Below, piece after piece: positions 9,109-19,198 of a stretch of DNA of 64,000 nucleotides (its first letter is position 1; each line of letters begins with the position of its first letter). This DNA comes from Jatrophihabitantaceae bacterium. Lineage in GTDB: Bacteria > Actinomycetota > Actinomycetes > Mycobacteriales > Jatrophihabitantaceae. Made by a program: the position numbers and the translations under genes. The stretch is taken from NCBI GenBank assembly GCA_045807085.1, contig JBJMIB010000037.1, positions 39,546 to 103,545 of the forward strand, written 5' to 3'. The notes under the pieces were generated by a model. It did not search any database. It had not been told where the DNA came from and saw nothing but the letters and a program-made list of their open reading frames with translations.

Positions 9109-11352
9109 GTGGCCACCGAACTGCATCCGCTGGACGAACACTTCCTGACCGAAGCCGCCGAGCTGCCGGCCGGCGAGCCGCGTGGTGAGGACGAGCCGGT
9201 GCAGCCGGGCGGCACGCTCACCATCCGGCGGGCCCGGGAGCTGTTCGAGTGCCAGTGCGAGTCCCGGCACGCGGATCTGGCCGCGATCTGGATGCAGTCA
9301 CAGGGCCGTGGCTACTACACGATCGGCTCGTCCGGGCATGAGGGGAACGCCGCCGTGGCGGCGGCCCTGCGACCGGACGACCCGGCGCTGCTGCACTACC
9401 GCTCCGGCGGCTTCTACTGCTCCCGCTCGGCCCAGCTGGCCGGCCCCGGAAGTTCGAACGCGGTGCGTGACATCCTGTTCGGGGTGGCGGCCGCCACCGG
9501 CGAGCCGATCGCCGGTGGCCGGCACAAGGTCTTCGGCAACGCGGCGCTCTCGGTCATTCCACAGACCTCCACGATCGCCTCGCACCTGCCGCGGGCGATG
9601 GGGCTGGCCTTCTCGCTCGAACGCGCCAAGCGGGTCGGGGTGTCCACGCCGTGGCCGGCCGATGCGGTGGTGGTGACCAGCTTCGGCGACGCCTCGGTCA
9701 ACCATTCGACACTGGTCGGAGCCCTCAACAGCTCCTCCAACGCCGTCTATCAGGGCCTGCCGATGCCGTTGCTGATGGTCTGTGAGGACAACGGCATCGG
9801 CATCAGCACCCGGACGCCGGCCGGCTGGATCGCCCAGCGCTTCGCCGGCCGGCCGGGCCTGCGTTACCTCGCGGTGGACGGCTGCTCGCTGGCCGATGTC
9901 TACGACGCCGCGCAGCAGGCGGTGGAGTACGTCCGCGGCTACCGCAAGCCGGCGTTCCTGCACCTGAAGACCGTCCGGTTCCTCGGCCACGCCGGTTCGG
10001 ACGCCGAGGTGGCCTATCGGACGCCGGCCGAGATCGCCGCCGACTACGGCAGGGACCCGCTGCTGGCCAGCGCGCGGTTGCTGGCCTCGGCCGGCTTGCT
10101 GGACGGCAAACAGATCATCGAGCTGTACGAGCAGGTTCGCGAGCGGGTGCACGAAGTCGCGGTCGCGGCGATGGCCGAGCCGCAGCTGGCCGGCGCCGCC
10201 GAGGTGATGGCGCCGCTCGCACCACGCCGACCGGCCGCGGTGGCCGCGGCGGTAGCAGCCGAGGTGTCCGCCGAGGTCCGCCAAGGGGTGTTCGGCGGCA
10301 AGCTGCCCGAGAATGAGCCGCCGCTGACGCTGGCCCAGTCGATCAACCGGGCGCTGCACGACGAGCTGGCCCGCCGGCCCGAGGCGATGGTGTTCGGCCA
10401 AGACGTCTCGGTCAAGGGTGGCGTCTACGGCCTGACCCGAGGGCTGCGCAAGAGCTTCGGCGGGGCTCGGGTGTTCGACACCATCCTGGACGAGCAGGCC
10501 ATTCTCGGGGTGGGGTTGGGAGCCGCGCTGGCCGGGCTGCTGCCGATTCCGGAGATCCAGTACCTGGCCTATCTGCACAACGCCGAGGACCAGCTGCGCG
10601 GCGAGGCGGCCACCCTGCAGTTCTTCTCCCAGGGCCAGTACCGCAACCCGATGGTGGTCCGGGTCGCCGGGCTGGGTTATCAGCGCGGCTTCGGCGGCCA
10701 CTTCCACAACGACAACTCGGTGGCGGTGCTGCGCGATATCCCTGGTCTGGTGGTTGCGGTGCCCGCGCATCCCTCGGATGCGCCGGCGATGCTACGCACG
10801 CTGCTCGCCGCCGCCCGGCTGGACGGCACGGTCGGGGTGTTCCTGGAGCCGATCGCGCTCTATCACCAGCGGGATCTGCAGGCCGACGGCGACGGCGGCT
10901 GGTTGGCCTCCTACGCGGGCCCGGATGCCTGGGCGGCCGAGCACGTGCCGATCGGCTCGGCGCGGACCTGGCCGGTGGGCGCCGGCGAGCCGGAGTTGAC
11001 CTTCGTGACGTTCGGCAATGGTCTGCCGATGAGCCTGCGGGTGGCTGGCGAACTCGGCCTGCAGGGCGTTTCGAGCCGGGTGCTGGACCTGCGCTGGCTG
11101 TCGCCGCTGCCGGTGCGCGACATCCTGCGCGAAGCCGCGATCACCGGCCGGGTGCTGGTGGTGGACGAGACCCGCCGGACCGGCGGGGTGTCCGAGGCAG
11201 TGCTGGCCGCGCTGGTGGACGGCGGCTTCCGGGGCGCGATCCGGCGGGTCACCAGCGCCGACAGCTTCATTCCGCTGGGCGCGGCCGCGCGAACCGTGCT
11301 GCTGGACGAGCCGACCGTGCAGCAGGCAGCCCGCGAGCTGATCGGCGGCTAG
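9109..11352 (+). CDS. Fused E1 alpha/beta TPP-dependent 2-oxoacid dehydrogenase (transketolase-like)
   Basis: SFGDAS...EDNGIGIS TPP motif; FGQDV...GGVY, DTILDEQ, GGHFHNDN beta-subunit motifs. Confidence 0.88.
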   Translation: MATELHPLDEHFLTEAAELPAGEPRGEDEPVQPGGTLTIRRARELFECQCESRHADLAAIWMQSQGRGYYTIGSSGHEGNAAVAAALRPDDPALLHYRSGGFYCSRSAQLAGPGSSNAVRDILFGVAAATGEPIAGGRHKVFGNAALSVIPQTSTIASHLPRAMGLAFSLERAKRVGVSTPWPADAVVVTSFGDASVNHSTLVGALNSSSNAVYQGLPMPLLMVCEDNGIGISTRTPAGWIAQRFAGRPGLRYLAVDGCSLADVYDAAQQAVEYVRGYRKPAFLHLKTVRFLGHAGSDAEVAYRTPAEIAADYGRDPLLASARLLASAGLLDGKQIIELYEQVRERVHEVAVAAMAEPQLAGAAEVMAPLAPRRPAAVAAAVAAEVSAEVRQGVFGGKLPENEPPLTLAQSINRALHDELARRPEAMVFGQDVSVKGGVYGLTRGLRKSFGGARVFDTILDEQAILGVGLGAALAGLLPIPEIQYLAYLHNAEDQLRGEAATLQFFSQGQYRNPMVVRVAGLGYQRGFGGHFHNDNSVAVLRDIPGLVVAVPAHPSDAPAMLRTLLAAARLDGTVGVFLEPIALYHQRDLQADGDGGWLASYAGPDAWAAEHVPIGSARTWPVGAGEPELTFVTFGNGLPMSLRVAGELGLQGVSSRVLDLRWLSPLPVRDILREAAITGRVLVVDETRRTGGVSEAVLAALVDGGFRGAIRRVTSADSFIPLGAAARTVLLDEPTVQQAARELIGG

Positions 11353-11354
11353 CG

Positions 11355-11390
11355 CCGCTCAGCGGCTGTATTCGCGGGGCCGCTGAGCGG
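11355..11390. terminator. 12-bp stem hairpin between convergent genes
   Basis: CCGCTCAGCGGC (11355-11366) pairs with GCCGCTGAGCGG (11379-11390). Confidence 0.65.
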
Positions 11391-11410
11391 GGCGTTCCGG
11401 TCGCCGAGGT

Positions 11411-12295
11411 TCAGACCGTCCGGATCGCCGAGGCGAGCCGGGGGGATGCGTTGCCGATCTGGATGTTGATCGCATAGATGGTGATCACGTGCCGGCCGGC
11501 CGGCAGGGGGAGCGTGATGTCGAAGCCGAGATCCGGCCCGGCGTGGTAGCGGGTGGCTATGTCCGGCCGCGGGGTATTGGTACGGAAGTACCCGGCGTAC
11601 CTGCCGTCGTAGTAGACCGCGGTCAGCGGCGCCACGCCCTTGTAGTCGGGGTCGATCGACCAGCCGGTCAGCCGCACCTTGTGTCCGGGCAGCACGGTGA
11701 CGCCGTCCACGTGACCGATCGGGTTGTGCAAGGCGATCTGGGCCGCGGTGGGGCCACCGCTGACATCGGCGAAGTCCTCGGTGAGCCAGAGCTTGCCGGT
11801 CCCGGCGTCGAGGTAGACGTCGATCCCGACGTAGTGCACACCGGTGGACAGGATGTTGCGCCGGTGGCCGTCATTCGGCGGCGTCTCGTTGTACATGGCG
11901 GTTTCCAGCCCGAGTGCGCCGCTGGTCGTCCGGTTGGTGGTCCAGCCGATGTTCTCGGCCGCCACGTGCCAGGCCACGCCGGCCTGGCTGATCCGGGTGC
12001 TGAAGTACGGCTCGCCGGGAAGCTGGTGGGACAGGGTGTTGTCGCTGGCCATCCACAGGTTGTGCCGGTGGGCGGAGCTGATCAGCGCTGTGCTCATCCC
12101 CAACGCGGGCAGCTGGTGCGCGGCCCGCTCGGTGTTCATCAGCTGCAGCACCGCGTTGGCCGCGCTGATCTCGGCCGTGGTGGCCGCCGTGGCGGTGCCG
12201 GTGCCGATCACCAATGCGCTGAGCATGACCGCCGCCGCGACGACCGCACCAGGCAACCGGCGTGACCGGAAACGAATCGCAACCCGAGTGAACAT
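11411..12295 (-). CDS. Secreted CAP/SCP domain protein with a C-terminal beta-rich domain
   Basis: Signal peptide; LMNTERAAH, AENIGW, GHRRNILS, VGI; C-terminal PIGHVD...GWSIDPD module. Confidence 0.85.
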   Translation of the reverse strand: MFTRVAIRFRSRRLPGAVVAAAVMLSALVIGTGTATAATTAEISAANAVLQLMNTERAAHQLPALGMSTALISSAHRHNLWMASDNTLSHQLPGEPYFSTRISQAGVAWHVAAENIGWTTNRTTSGALGLETAMYNETPPNDGHRRNILSTGVHYVGIDVYLDAGTGKLWLTEDFADVSGGPTAAQIALHNPIGHVDGVTVLPGHKVRLTGWSIDPDYKGVAPLTAVYYDGRYAGYFRTNTPRPDIATRYHAGPDLGFDITLPLPAGRHVITIYAINIQIGNASPRLASAIRTV

Positions 12296-12427
12296 CCACC
12301 GTCCCCTTCATTCGTGCCGGCACACGAAGCAGGCACTCTAGGGGCACTTTCGGCGGATAGCTCACCCATCTAAGTCGTGTCGCTACACCAAGTAGCCAAA
12401 TTCTGGGAAGACGGTCGCCGTATCTAG

Positions 12428-13345
12428 CTAATTAGGGGCAAATGCCTCCAGGACCTCGCGTGCGCGAGCCATGGATCGGGCGGGGTCGGCGTCGGGAGAC
12501 CCGACACTCGGATCGAAATTCAGATCGATGAAGGCCTCGGTCACGCCCTGCCGGTGCAGATCTTCCAAGTCGGCCCGAACCTGATCCACGCTGCCCTGCA
12601 GCGGCCGGCGGTCCGGGCGGTCGTCCGGGAGCTCGGTCGACCTGAGCACCGCTCGCACGATGAACCGCAGCGCGTCCGGATCCCGGCCGGCCTCCTCGGC
12701 GGCCCGCTTGATCAGTGCGATGTCGGCGTCGATATGGCGCAGGTCGTGCCGGCTGGCGCTGATCCAGCCATCGGCCAGCCGGCCGGCCCGGCGCAGCGCC
12801 CGGTCCGCGCCGCCACCCAGCAGGATCGGCGGATGTGGTCGCTGCAGTGGCTTGGGATCCACGCTGGCCGGCGGCAGCTGGTAGAACTCGCCGTCGAAGC
12901 GCACCGGATTCTCGCCCCAGATGGCCCGCAGGCATTCGACGAACTCATCCAGCCGGTCGCCCCGGCGTTGCTGGCTGGCCCCGACCGCGGTGAGCTCCTC
13001 GGCTGCCCAGCCGATGCCCAAACCGGCGTCGAGCCGTCCGGCGCAGACCTGGTCCAGCGTGGTCAACTGCTTGGCCAGCACGATCGGTGAGTAGAAGGGC
13101 GCGTTCACCACCGCGACACCGAGCCGGACCCGCTCGGTCACCGAGGCCACGTAGGCCAGGCTGATCAGTGGATCCTGCACGGCGCGGTAACTGGCGCCCC
13201 AGTCGCCGTCGGCCGGATGCAGCAGGCGCTGGAAGGTCCAGACCGAGTCGTAGCGCAGTTCCTCGGCACGTCGGGCGATCTCGATCAGGTTCGCCGGAGT
13301 GGCCCAGCTGCCGGACACCGGCAGCCCGAAGCCGATCCGGAGTCC
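12428..13345 (-). CDS. LLM-class F420-dependent oxidoreductase
   Basis: RIGFGLP, AEELRYDSVW, RVRLGVAV, GRLDAGLGIGW, GGGADRALRRAGRLADGW; start approximate. Confidence 0.85.
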   Translation of the reverse strand, partial: GLRIGFGLPVSGSWATPANLIEIARRAEELRYDSVWTFQRLLHPADGDWGASYRAVQDPLISLAYVASVTERVRLGVAVVNAPFYSPIVLAKQLTTLDQVCAGRLDAGLGIGWAAEELTAVGASQQRRGDRLDEFVECLRAIWGENPVRFDGEFYQLPPASVDPKPLQRPHPPILLGGGADRALRRAGRLADGWISASRHDLRHIDADIALIKRAAEEAGRDPDALRFIVRAVLRSTELPDDRPDRRPLQGSVDQVRADLEDLHRQGVTEAFIDLNFDPSVGSPDADPARSMARAREVLEAFAPN

Positions 13346-13347
13346 GC

Positions 13348-13869
13348 TCACCTGCCGTCCAACCACTGGCCGCCGAAGTACATCAGCTCATCGGACAGCA
13401 GCTCGATCTGGATTCCGTCCGGGTCGCGGAAGTACAGCGACTCCTCGATTCCCTTGTCCGGGCCGCCGTAGCTGATGCCGGCCTCGTCGAGCACCCGACG
13501 CAGCTCACGGTGCCGTTGCGGGGTGACCGAGATGGCGATGTGCTGCACGGTGCCGAGCGCCTCCTGGCCCGCCGCCAGGCCGAGGCCGGGGAAGTCGAAG
13601 AAGCCCAGCAGGGTGGAGTTGCCGAGGTCGAAGAAGAAGTGTGACGAGCCGGGATAGTCCCGGTTCTCCACCAGCTCGATCAGCGGAAAGCCCAACAGTC
13701 CTTGGTAGAACTCGATCGTGGCCGCCGGCTCGGAGCAGATGAGGGCGGCGTGGTGGATACCTCGCCCAGTTGAGGGCGGTCGCTGCCCGGGTGGCCGCAG
13801 GTAGCGCGCGCGGAGTTGGTCGCGCCGCTCGGCAAGCTCGGCCTGTTCGGCCGCGGTCGGCGCGGGCAT
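13348..13869 (-). CDS. VOC/glyoxalase family protein
   Basis: GIHHAALIC, HFFFDLG, VQHIAI, SLYFRDPDGIQIEL. Confidence 0.88.
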   Translation of the reverse strand: MPAPTAAEQAELAERRDQLRARYLRPPGQRPPSTGRGIHHAALICSEPAATIEFYQGLLGFPLIELVENRDYPGSSHFFFDLGNSTLLGFFDFPGLGLAAGQEALGTVQHIAISVTPQRHRELRRVLDEAGISYGGPDKGIEESLYFRDPDGIQIELLSDELMYFGGQWLDGR

Positions 13870-14585
13870 CAGCCGAGCTTCGCGTGCAGGAAGTCCACCG
13901 TGCGCTGCCAGGCCAACGTGGCCAGCTCGGGGTCGTAGGTGCCCAGCAGGTCATGGTCGGCGTGGAAGGCATGTCCGGCCGGGTAGTAGTAGAACGTCAC
14001 CTCGGCTCCGGATTCCTCGCGGATCTGCTGTTCCTGCTTGCGTGCCTCGGCGACGGGGTAGAAGGCGTCCTGCTCGGCGTAGTGGCCCTGCACCGGGGCG
14101 GTGATGCCGGTGAACTGATCTGGAACGCCCGCGCCCACGCCGTAGAACGGAACGGCGGCGCCGATCTTGTCGCCTTGCTGGGCGGCCAGCAGCAGCACGA
14201 AGCCACCGCCCATGCAGTAGCCCACCGCACCCACCTTGGTGGAGGTGACCGCCGGCTGGGAGAGCAGGAAGTCGACGGCTCCGGCCAGGTCGGCAGCCGC
14301 CTTCTCGACCGGCAGCTCCGACATCAGCCGGCCGGCCTCGTCCGAGTCGTGCGTGGTCCTGCCCCCGAACAGGTCCGGCGCCAGGGCCACGAAGCCTTCG
14401 CTCGCCAGCCGGTTGGCGATGTCGACGATGTGATCGGTGAGGCCCCACCACTCCTGGATGACGACCACACCGGGCCCCGTGCCGGCTTCCGGGATGACCA
14501 GGTAGCCATGCGCCTGGCCGCCGTTGCTGGGAAAGGTCGTGTTCTGGGCGGGATTCTGCGCGGACACGTCGTTCTGCTCGGACAC
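13869..14585 (-). CDS. Dienelactone hydrolase family protein
   Basis: VIQEWWG, VGYCMGG nucleophile elbow, YPAGHAF; start set at GTG 14585. Confidence 0.9.
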   Translation of the reverse strand: MSEQNDVSAQNPAQNTTFPSNGGQAHGYLVIPEAGTGPGVVVIQEWWGLTDHIVDIANRLASEGFVALAPDLFGGRTTHDSDEAGRLMSELPVEKAAADLAGAVDFLLSQPAVTSTKVGAVGYCMGGGFVLLLAAQQGDKIGAAVPFYGVGAGVPDQFTGITAPVQGHYAEQDAFYPVAEARKQEQQIREESGAEVTFYYYPAGHAFHADHDLLGTYDPELATLAWQRTVDFLHAKLG

Positions 14586-14763
14586 GGGGTGTGGTCCTCT
14601 CTGTGGGCAACCGGCTGCGATGACGGACGTCAGAGCCGCGGTGGCCGTGGCTCCCTCGACGTTAATTGCCCTCGCACACACCCGGCAACAGCGCCTGCGA
14701 CGATCCTGTCACGCCCCGGTGGCAGGCTGCCTGCCATCTATCCCGTGGCAGAAGGGCGCCGGC

Positions 14764-15570
14764 ATGAGCACTCGTGAAACCCCGTGGCCGGACGCCACGC
14801 CCAACTGGGTCGAGCTGTCCACACCTGACTTCGACGCTGCCCGCCGGTTCTACCAGGAGCTGTTCGGCTGGACGGTCAAGGACGAGCCGACCGGCCGCTC
14901 GGCCGACTGCTACCTGGACGGCCGGCGGGTCTGCGGCATCAGCTGCGGTGCCGAACAACTCGATGGCGGCCATTGGGGCGGCGGCCAACCCAGCGCCTGG
15001 ATCAGCTACTTCGCGGCCTCGGACGCCGCGGCCGTGCTGGGACGGGTGCACCGGGCCGGCGGCTGGATACAGGCCGGTCCGGTGCCCGACGGCGACCGCT
15101 GCATCCGAGCCGTGGCCACCGATCCGCTGGGTGCCGTCTTCGGACTCTGGCAGGCCGGCAGCCACTTCGGTGCCGAATGGGTCAACGAGCCCGGCACGCT
15201 GGTCTGGAACGAGCACCTGAGCCTGGACTACTTGGCGCCCCAACCGTTCTACGCCGAGGCCTTCGGCTGGCAGTACCGCGACATCTCGGTAGGCGAGTTC
15301 CGCTACGCCACCTGCCGGGCGGCCGACGAGCGCGAGGTCGGCGGCATCGGCGAGCCACCGGCCGACCTGCCGGTGCTGGCCGGGCGGTGGCTGGTCTACT
15401 TCGCGGCCGCGGACACCGACGCCGTCGTTGACCGGCTGCTCCGGCTCGGTGGCGGGGTGGTGCTGCCGGCCATCGACACGCCACACGGCCGGCTGGCTGT
15501 GGTGCGCGACGACCAGGCCGCGGTGTTCGCGCTGCTCGGCCCGAGCAAGGCCGGCAGCGACGGATCCTGA
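14764..15570 (+). CDS. Two-domain VOC family protein (Cfp32-like glyoxalase)
   Basis: PNWVELSTPD...FYQELFGW, DPLGAVFGLWQ, PGTLVWNE, WLVYFAAADTD. Confidence 0.88.
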   Translation: MSTRETPWPDATPNWVELSTPDFDAARRFYQELFGWTVKDEPTGRSADCYLDGRRVCGISCGAEQLDGGHWGGGQPSAWISYFAASDAAAVLGRVHRAGGWIQAGPVPDGDRCIRAVATDPLGAVFGLWQAGSHFGAEWVNEPGTLVWNEHLSLDYLAPQPFYAEAFGWQYRDISVGEFRYATCRAADEREVGGIGEPPADLPVLAGRWLVYFAAADTDAVVDRLLRLGGGVVLPAIDTPHGRLAVVRDDQAAVFALLGPSKAGSDGS

Positions 15571-15576
15571 CTGCCG

Positions 15577-16389
15577 CTACCGCACGCCGACGGCCGTCAG
15601 CAGCGCCTCGTGCAGCCGTCCGTTGGAGGCTGCCGCGTTGCCCTGATGCACGCCGGCCACTCCGTCCAGGCCGGTGAACCGGCCACCGGCCTCGGTGACG
15701 ATGGGCGCCAGCGCCGCCATGTCCCACAGCGACAGTTCGGGCTCGGCGGCCAGGTCCACCGCCCCCTCGGCCACCAGCATGTAGGACCAGAAGTCACCGT
15801 AGGCCCGCGACCGCCAGAGACCGTCGATCAGCGTCAGGAACTCCGGCAGCCGGCCGATGTCGGCCCAGCCACCCAGAGAGGAGTAGGACAGGCTGGCCTC
15901 GCTGAGCGTTTCGACCGCCGACACCCGCAGCCGGCGGGGCCGCTCACCGGCCGCCTGACCGAACGCGCCGTGCCCGGTTGCTGCCCACCAGCGCTGCCCG
16001 AGCGCTGGGGCGCTGACCACCCCAACCGCCGGCTCGCCGGCGACCAGCAGCCCGACCAGGGTGGCCCAGACCGGCACGCCGCGAACGAAGTTGTGGGTGC
16101 CGTCGATCGGATCCACCACCCACTGCCGCTCGCCGTCGCCGGTGCTGCCGAACTCCTCGCCGAGCAGCGCATCCGATGGTCGCCGCTCAGCCAGTCGGGC
16201 TCGGATCGCCTGCTCGACCGCCCGGTCGGCGTCGGTGACCAGGCTGAGGTCGGGCTTGCTCCGCACGGTCAGGTCGTCGGCCCGGAACCGGGCGGTGGTG
16301 ATCGCGTCGGCCAGATCCGCCAGTTGCAGGGCGACCGCGAGGTCCGGTGGCCCCACGTCGGTCGCCCCATCGGCTGGCTGGTCCGGCAC
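15577..16389 (-). CDS. hisN: Histidinol-phosphatase (inositol monophosphatase family)
   Basis: [57 protein letters not shown]; conserved position near rsgA/aroA. Confidence 0.85.
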   Translation of the reverse strand: MPDQPADGATDVGPPDLAVALQLADLADAITTARFRADDLTVRSKPDLSLVTDADRAVEQAIRARLAERRPSDALLGEEFGSTGDGERQWVVDPIDGTHNFVRGVPVWATLVGLLVAGEPAVGVVSAPALGQRWWAATGHGAFGQAAGERPRRLRVSAVETLSEASLSYSSLGGWADIGRLPEFLTLIDGLWRSRAYGDFWSYMLVAEGAVDLAAEPELSLWDMAALAPIVTEAGGRFTGLDGVAGVHQGNAAASNGRLHEALLTAVGVR

Positions 16390-16411
16390 CCCTGCAGGTT
16401 ATCGTCGCGGA

Positions 16412-16747
16412 GTGGACACCGATGCCGACAGTGCCGTCCGGGCCAGTGCCCTGGCCGATCCCGCTTCGTTCGGTGAGATCGCGGATCCGGCGCTGCGCAA
16501 GGTGTTGCGGTCCTATCTGGTGGATGGCCGGCTACCGGTGATCCCGCGCCCGGGCAACAAGCGGCGGCTACTGCTCGGCTACCTGGCCACCGCGTTCGAG
16601 CCCGGCGTGCACTACTCGGAATCAGAGGTGAACGACACCGTGCGGGTATGGCATCCGGACGTGGCCGCGCTGCGCCGGTACCTCATCGACGAGGGTCTGC
16701 TCGCCCGGGAGAACGGGGTGTACTGGCGCTCCGGCGGCTGGCTCTGA
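16412..16747 (+). CDS. DUF2087 domain protein
   Basis: IPRPGNKRRLLL, FEPGVHYSESEVN, DVAALRRYLIDEGLLARE. Confidence 0.82.
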   Translation: MDTDADSAVRASALADPASFGEIADPALRKVLRSYLVDGRLPVIPRPGNKRRLLLGYLATAFEPGVHYSESEVNDTVRVWHPDVAALRRYLIDEGLLARENGVYWRSGGWL

Positions 16748-16781
16748 CCGAGCCGATCCACCGACGAGTCGCGGGACGGGA

Positions 16782-16815
16782 GGGGGCGCCGCCGGGCGGA
16801 CCCGGCGACGCCCCC
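16782..16815. terminator. GC-rich hairpin between convergent genes
   Basis: GGGGGCGCCGCCGGG-CGGA-CCCGGCGACGCCCCC, 15-bp stem with one mismatch. Confidence 0.6.
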
Positions 16816-16828
16816 GCTCAGTGGCCGA

Positions 16829-18769
16829 TCAGCCGTTGGGCACCGCCACGTTGGCGGTCCGCACCTCCTGGTCATTGGCCTCCGCCGCGTTGGCTGCGCT
16901 GGCGGTGCACAGCGCGGGCGGGTTGCCTGCCGTTGCGGTGCCGGGGCACAGGAAGTACTCCGGGGTCCGGGTGTCTGACCAGACCGGGTTGGCATTGTCC
17001 GGCGCGACCATCCCGGCGTAGTCACCGTAGAACGTGCCGTCGAACTGGCTGGGCGGCGGCATCGAGGACGACGTCACCCGCTTCGTCCCGAAGTGGGCCA
17101 GGCTGGCGCTGCCGGACAGGCTGACGTCGGAGAAGCCGGTCGTCTCGTCGGTGCCGTACTGCCGGTCGTAGTAGGAGACCGCCAGCTTGCCGGTCCGGGT
17201 GAAGTCGAGCCATGGCCACCACTGGTCGGTGGTCGCCTGGCCAGGCTCGGTGGTGACCACCGGCATCAGCCGCGGGTCCAGCGTGCCGCCGGTGAACGTG
17301 CCGCCTGCGTCCGTGGAAACGCTGATCAGGATGTCGTTGTTGCAGGCACCCGGCACCTTCACCCCGGCATAGAGAGGGAGCCTGAATGCGGAGAAGCCGG
17401 TCGGCACGCAGCCGGTGGACTCGTTGGAATGCTGGTTGAGGTAGGAGCCGAAGGCCACCACCACCTTGTTCGGATCGGTCGGATCGACCGCTCCGACCGG
17501 GTAGTTGAACGTCCGGAAATAGGAGTTGGCGGTGGCGGCCTTCTCCGGCAGGCAAGACCGGCCGGCATCCTTGCCCTGCTGGTACGTGGCGCAGTCGGGC
17601 AGGTCATAGACGTCGCTGACCTTCACCGGCGGCAGGAAGGTGTTGCCACCGTCGAGCGACTTCACCAGCAACAGCTGGTTGCGGTTGTCGCCCGGCGCTT
17701 CGGCGTTGTTGTAGTTGGCGTAGACGATGTACAGGCTGCCGTCGGGCCCGGTGAACGGCTGGGCGAACTGGCCGTGGTTGCAGTTGGAGTTCTCACCGGT
17801 GATGGCGACCGTGCTGACGCCGAAGGTGTTCACGCACAATGGGCTGTTGGTGCTCACCAGCTTCGGGCTGCTGAACGTTTGGCCGTAGTCGGCCGAGTAT
17901 GCCTCGTACATGAAGGTGGTGCCGTCGGCCGCGAACTCCACCCACCCGACGTACACCCGGTCCTGGAACGGGCTGCCGACGTGGTTGTCGACGGTCATCA
18001 GCTGCCGGTCCAGGAACGGCGCGGTGTGGGTGCCGGTGACATCGGCGCTGGCCCGGACGTAGCGACCCGGGAAGTTCCAGGACGCGCCGCCGTTCTGGGT
18101 CGAGCGGTAGACCACCAGGGCGCTGGAGAGGTCGCTGCTGGGCGCGGTCGGCCGGGCGCGGGTGAACATCAGGCAGCTGAGGTAGGCGTTGCCCTTGGTA
18201 TCAAAGGCAACCGAGGTGTTACTGGCAGCGGCCCAGTACTCCCGCGCGGCGCCGAAGTTCGCCGTGTTGGCGACTTGGCCGCGGGTGAAACCGGTGGGCA
18301 CGGTGCTGTCCTGCCAGCTCCGGCCACCGTCGGAGGTGTAGGAGGCGGCGCAGTTGGTGTCGCCGCGCCGGTAGTCGTTGTCGGAGGCGATCATGAGGTT
18401 CGGGTTGTTCGGGTCGTAGGCGATGGAGGTTCCGTTGTTGCCCTGGCCCCGGCCGTTCAGATCCGCGTCGGTGATGTTCAGGCAGTTGGCGTTGACCTTG
18501 ACGTTGGAGGCGATGTTGTCCTGGCAACCCTTGTCGCCGTTGCCACGCGGGGTGTACGTCGGGTTGAAGGAGGGGTTCGAGGAGCTATCGGCATCCTCCT
18601 GCAGGGCAAGCGTCCCGCTGCCCGAGAGCAGCCGCTTCTGCATCGTGGTCAGTTGGTCGTAGGAGATCCCGGTGGCATGGGCGGTACCGCCGCCCGTTCC
18701 CACCGTCAGGGGTAAGGCCACGAGCGCCAGCGCTGTCGCCGCGGCGGCATAGCCGATGGAACGTCTCAC
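16829..18769 (-). CDS. Secreted BNR/Asp-box beta-propeller protein (exo-alpha-sialidase-like fold)
   Basis: GGAGG RBS before GTG 18769; signal peptide ending TAHA; five Asp boxes (TSDGGRSW, STQNGGASW, SADYGQTF, SLDGGNTF, STDAGGTF). Confidence 0.8.
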   Translation of the reverse strand: MRRSIGYAAAATALALVALPLTVGTGGGTAHATGISYDQLTTMQKRLLSGSGTLALQEDADSSSNPSFNPTYTPRGNGDKGCQDNIASNVKVNANCLNITDADLNGRGQGNNGTSIAYDPNNPNLMIASDNDYRRGDTNCAASYTSDGGRSWQDSTVPTGFTRGQVANTANFGAAREYWAAASNTSVAFDTKGNAYLSCLMFTRARPTAPSSDLSSALVVYRSTQNGGASWNFPGRYVRASADVTGTHTAPFLDRQLMTVDNHVGSPFQDRVYVGWVEFAADGTTFMYEAYSADYGQTFSSPKLVSTNSPLCVNTFGVSTVAITGENSNCNHGQFAQPFTGPDGSLYIVYANYNNAEAPGDNRNQLLLVKSLDGGNTFLPPVKVSDVYDLPDCATYQQGKDAGRSCLPEKAATANSYFRTFNYPVGAVDPTDPNKVVVAFGSYLNQHSNESTGCVPTGFSAFRLPLYAGVKVPGACNNDILISVSTDAGGTFTGGTLDPRLMPVVTTEPGQATTDQWWPWLDFTRTGKLAVSYYDRQYGTDETTGFSDVSLSGSASLAHFGTKRVTSSSMPPPSQFDGTFYGDYAGMVAPDNANPVWSDTRTPEYFLCPGTATAGNPPALCTASAANAAEANDQEVRTANVAVPNG

Positions 18770-18974
18770 ACGCACCTCCAGGCACACGAGCGCGGAGGGT
18801 CGCGCCCGAAACGAAGCCGGGCGCAGCCGCGCTCGGCGTGACTCCGACGTAGGGTCGGCAACGCCTGGAGCTACCGGCTCGGGCGCTTGTTTGATCCATC
18901 GGAGGCTATAGCTGCGCGGAAGTCTGAACCTACTCGGAGATTGCCCTGCCCGTCTGGGCATTTCCCAATGCCTG

Positions 18975-19198
18975 GCCTCAGCCAGTACCGAGATCGGTGC
19001 GGCTTGCCAGCAACCGGCCGTTCTTTCTCCCAGCGCCTCAGCCAGTGCCCAGATCGGTGCGGCTTGCCAGCAGTCGCGATTCTTTTCTCCCAGCGCCTCA
19101 GCCAGTACCGAGATCGGTGCGGCTTGCCAGCAACCGGCCGTTCTTTCTCCCAGCGCCTCAGCCAGTACCGAGATCGGTGCGGCTTGCCAGCAACCGCC
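18975..19198. repeat. 60-bp tandem repeat, about 3.7 copies, containing the rsgA 3' end and stop codon
   Basis: Unit GCCTCAGCCAGTACCGAGATCGGTGCGGCTTGCCAGCAACCGGCCGTTCTTTCTCCCAGC starts at 18975, 19035 (variant), 19095 and 19155 (partial). Confidence 0.95.

Noticed and set aside
18975-19198. Possible CRISPR array
   Set aside because: The would-be spacers are identical or near-identical between units, the unit is a multiple of 3 containing the rsgA end, and there are no cas genes in the window.
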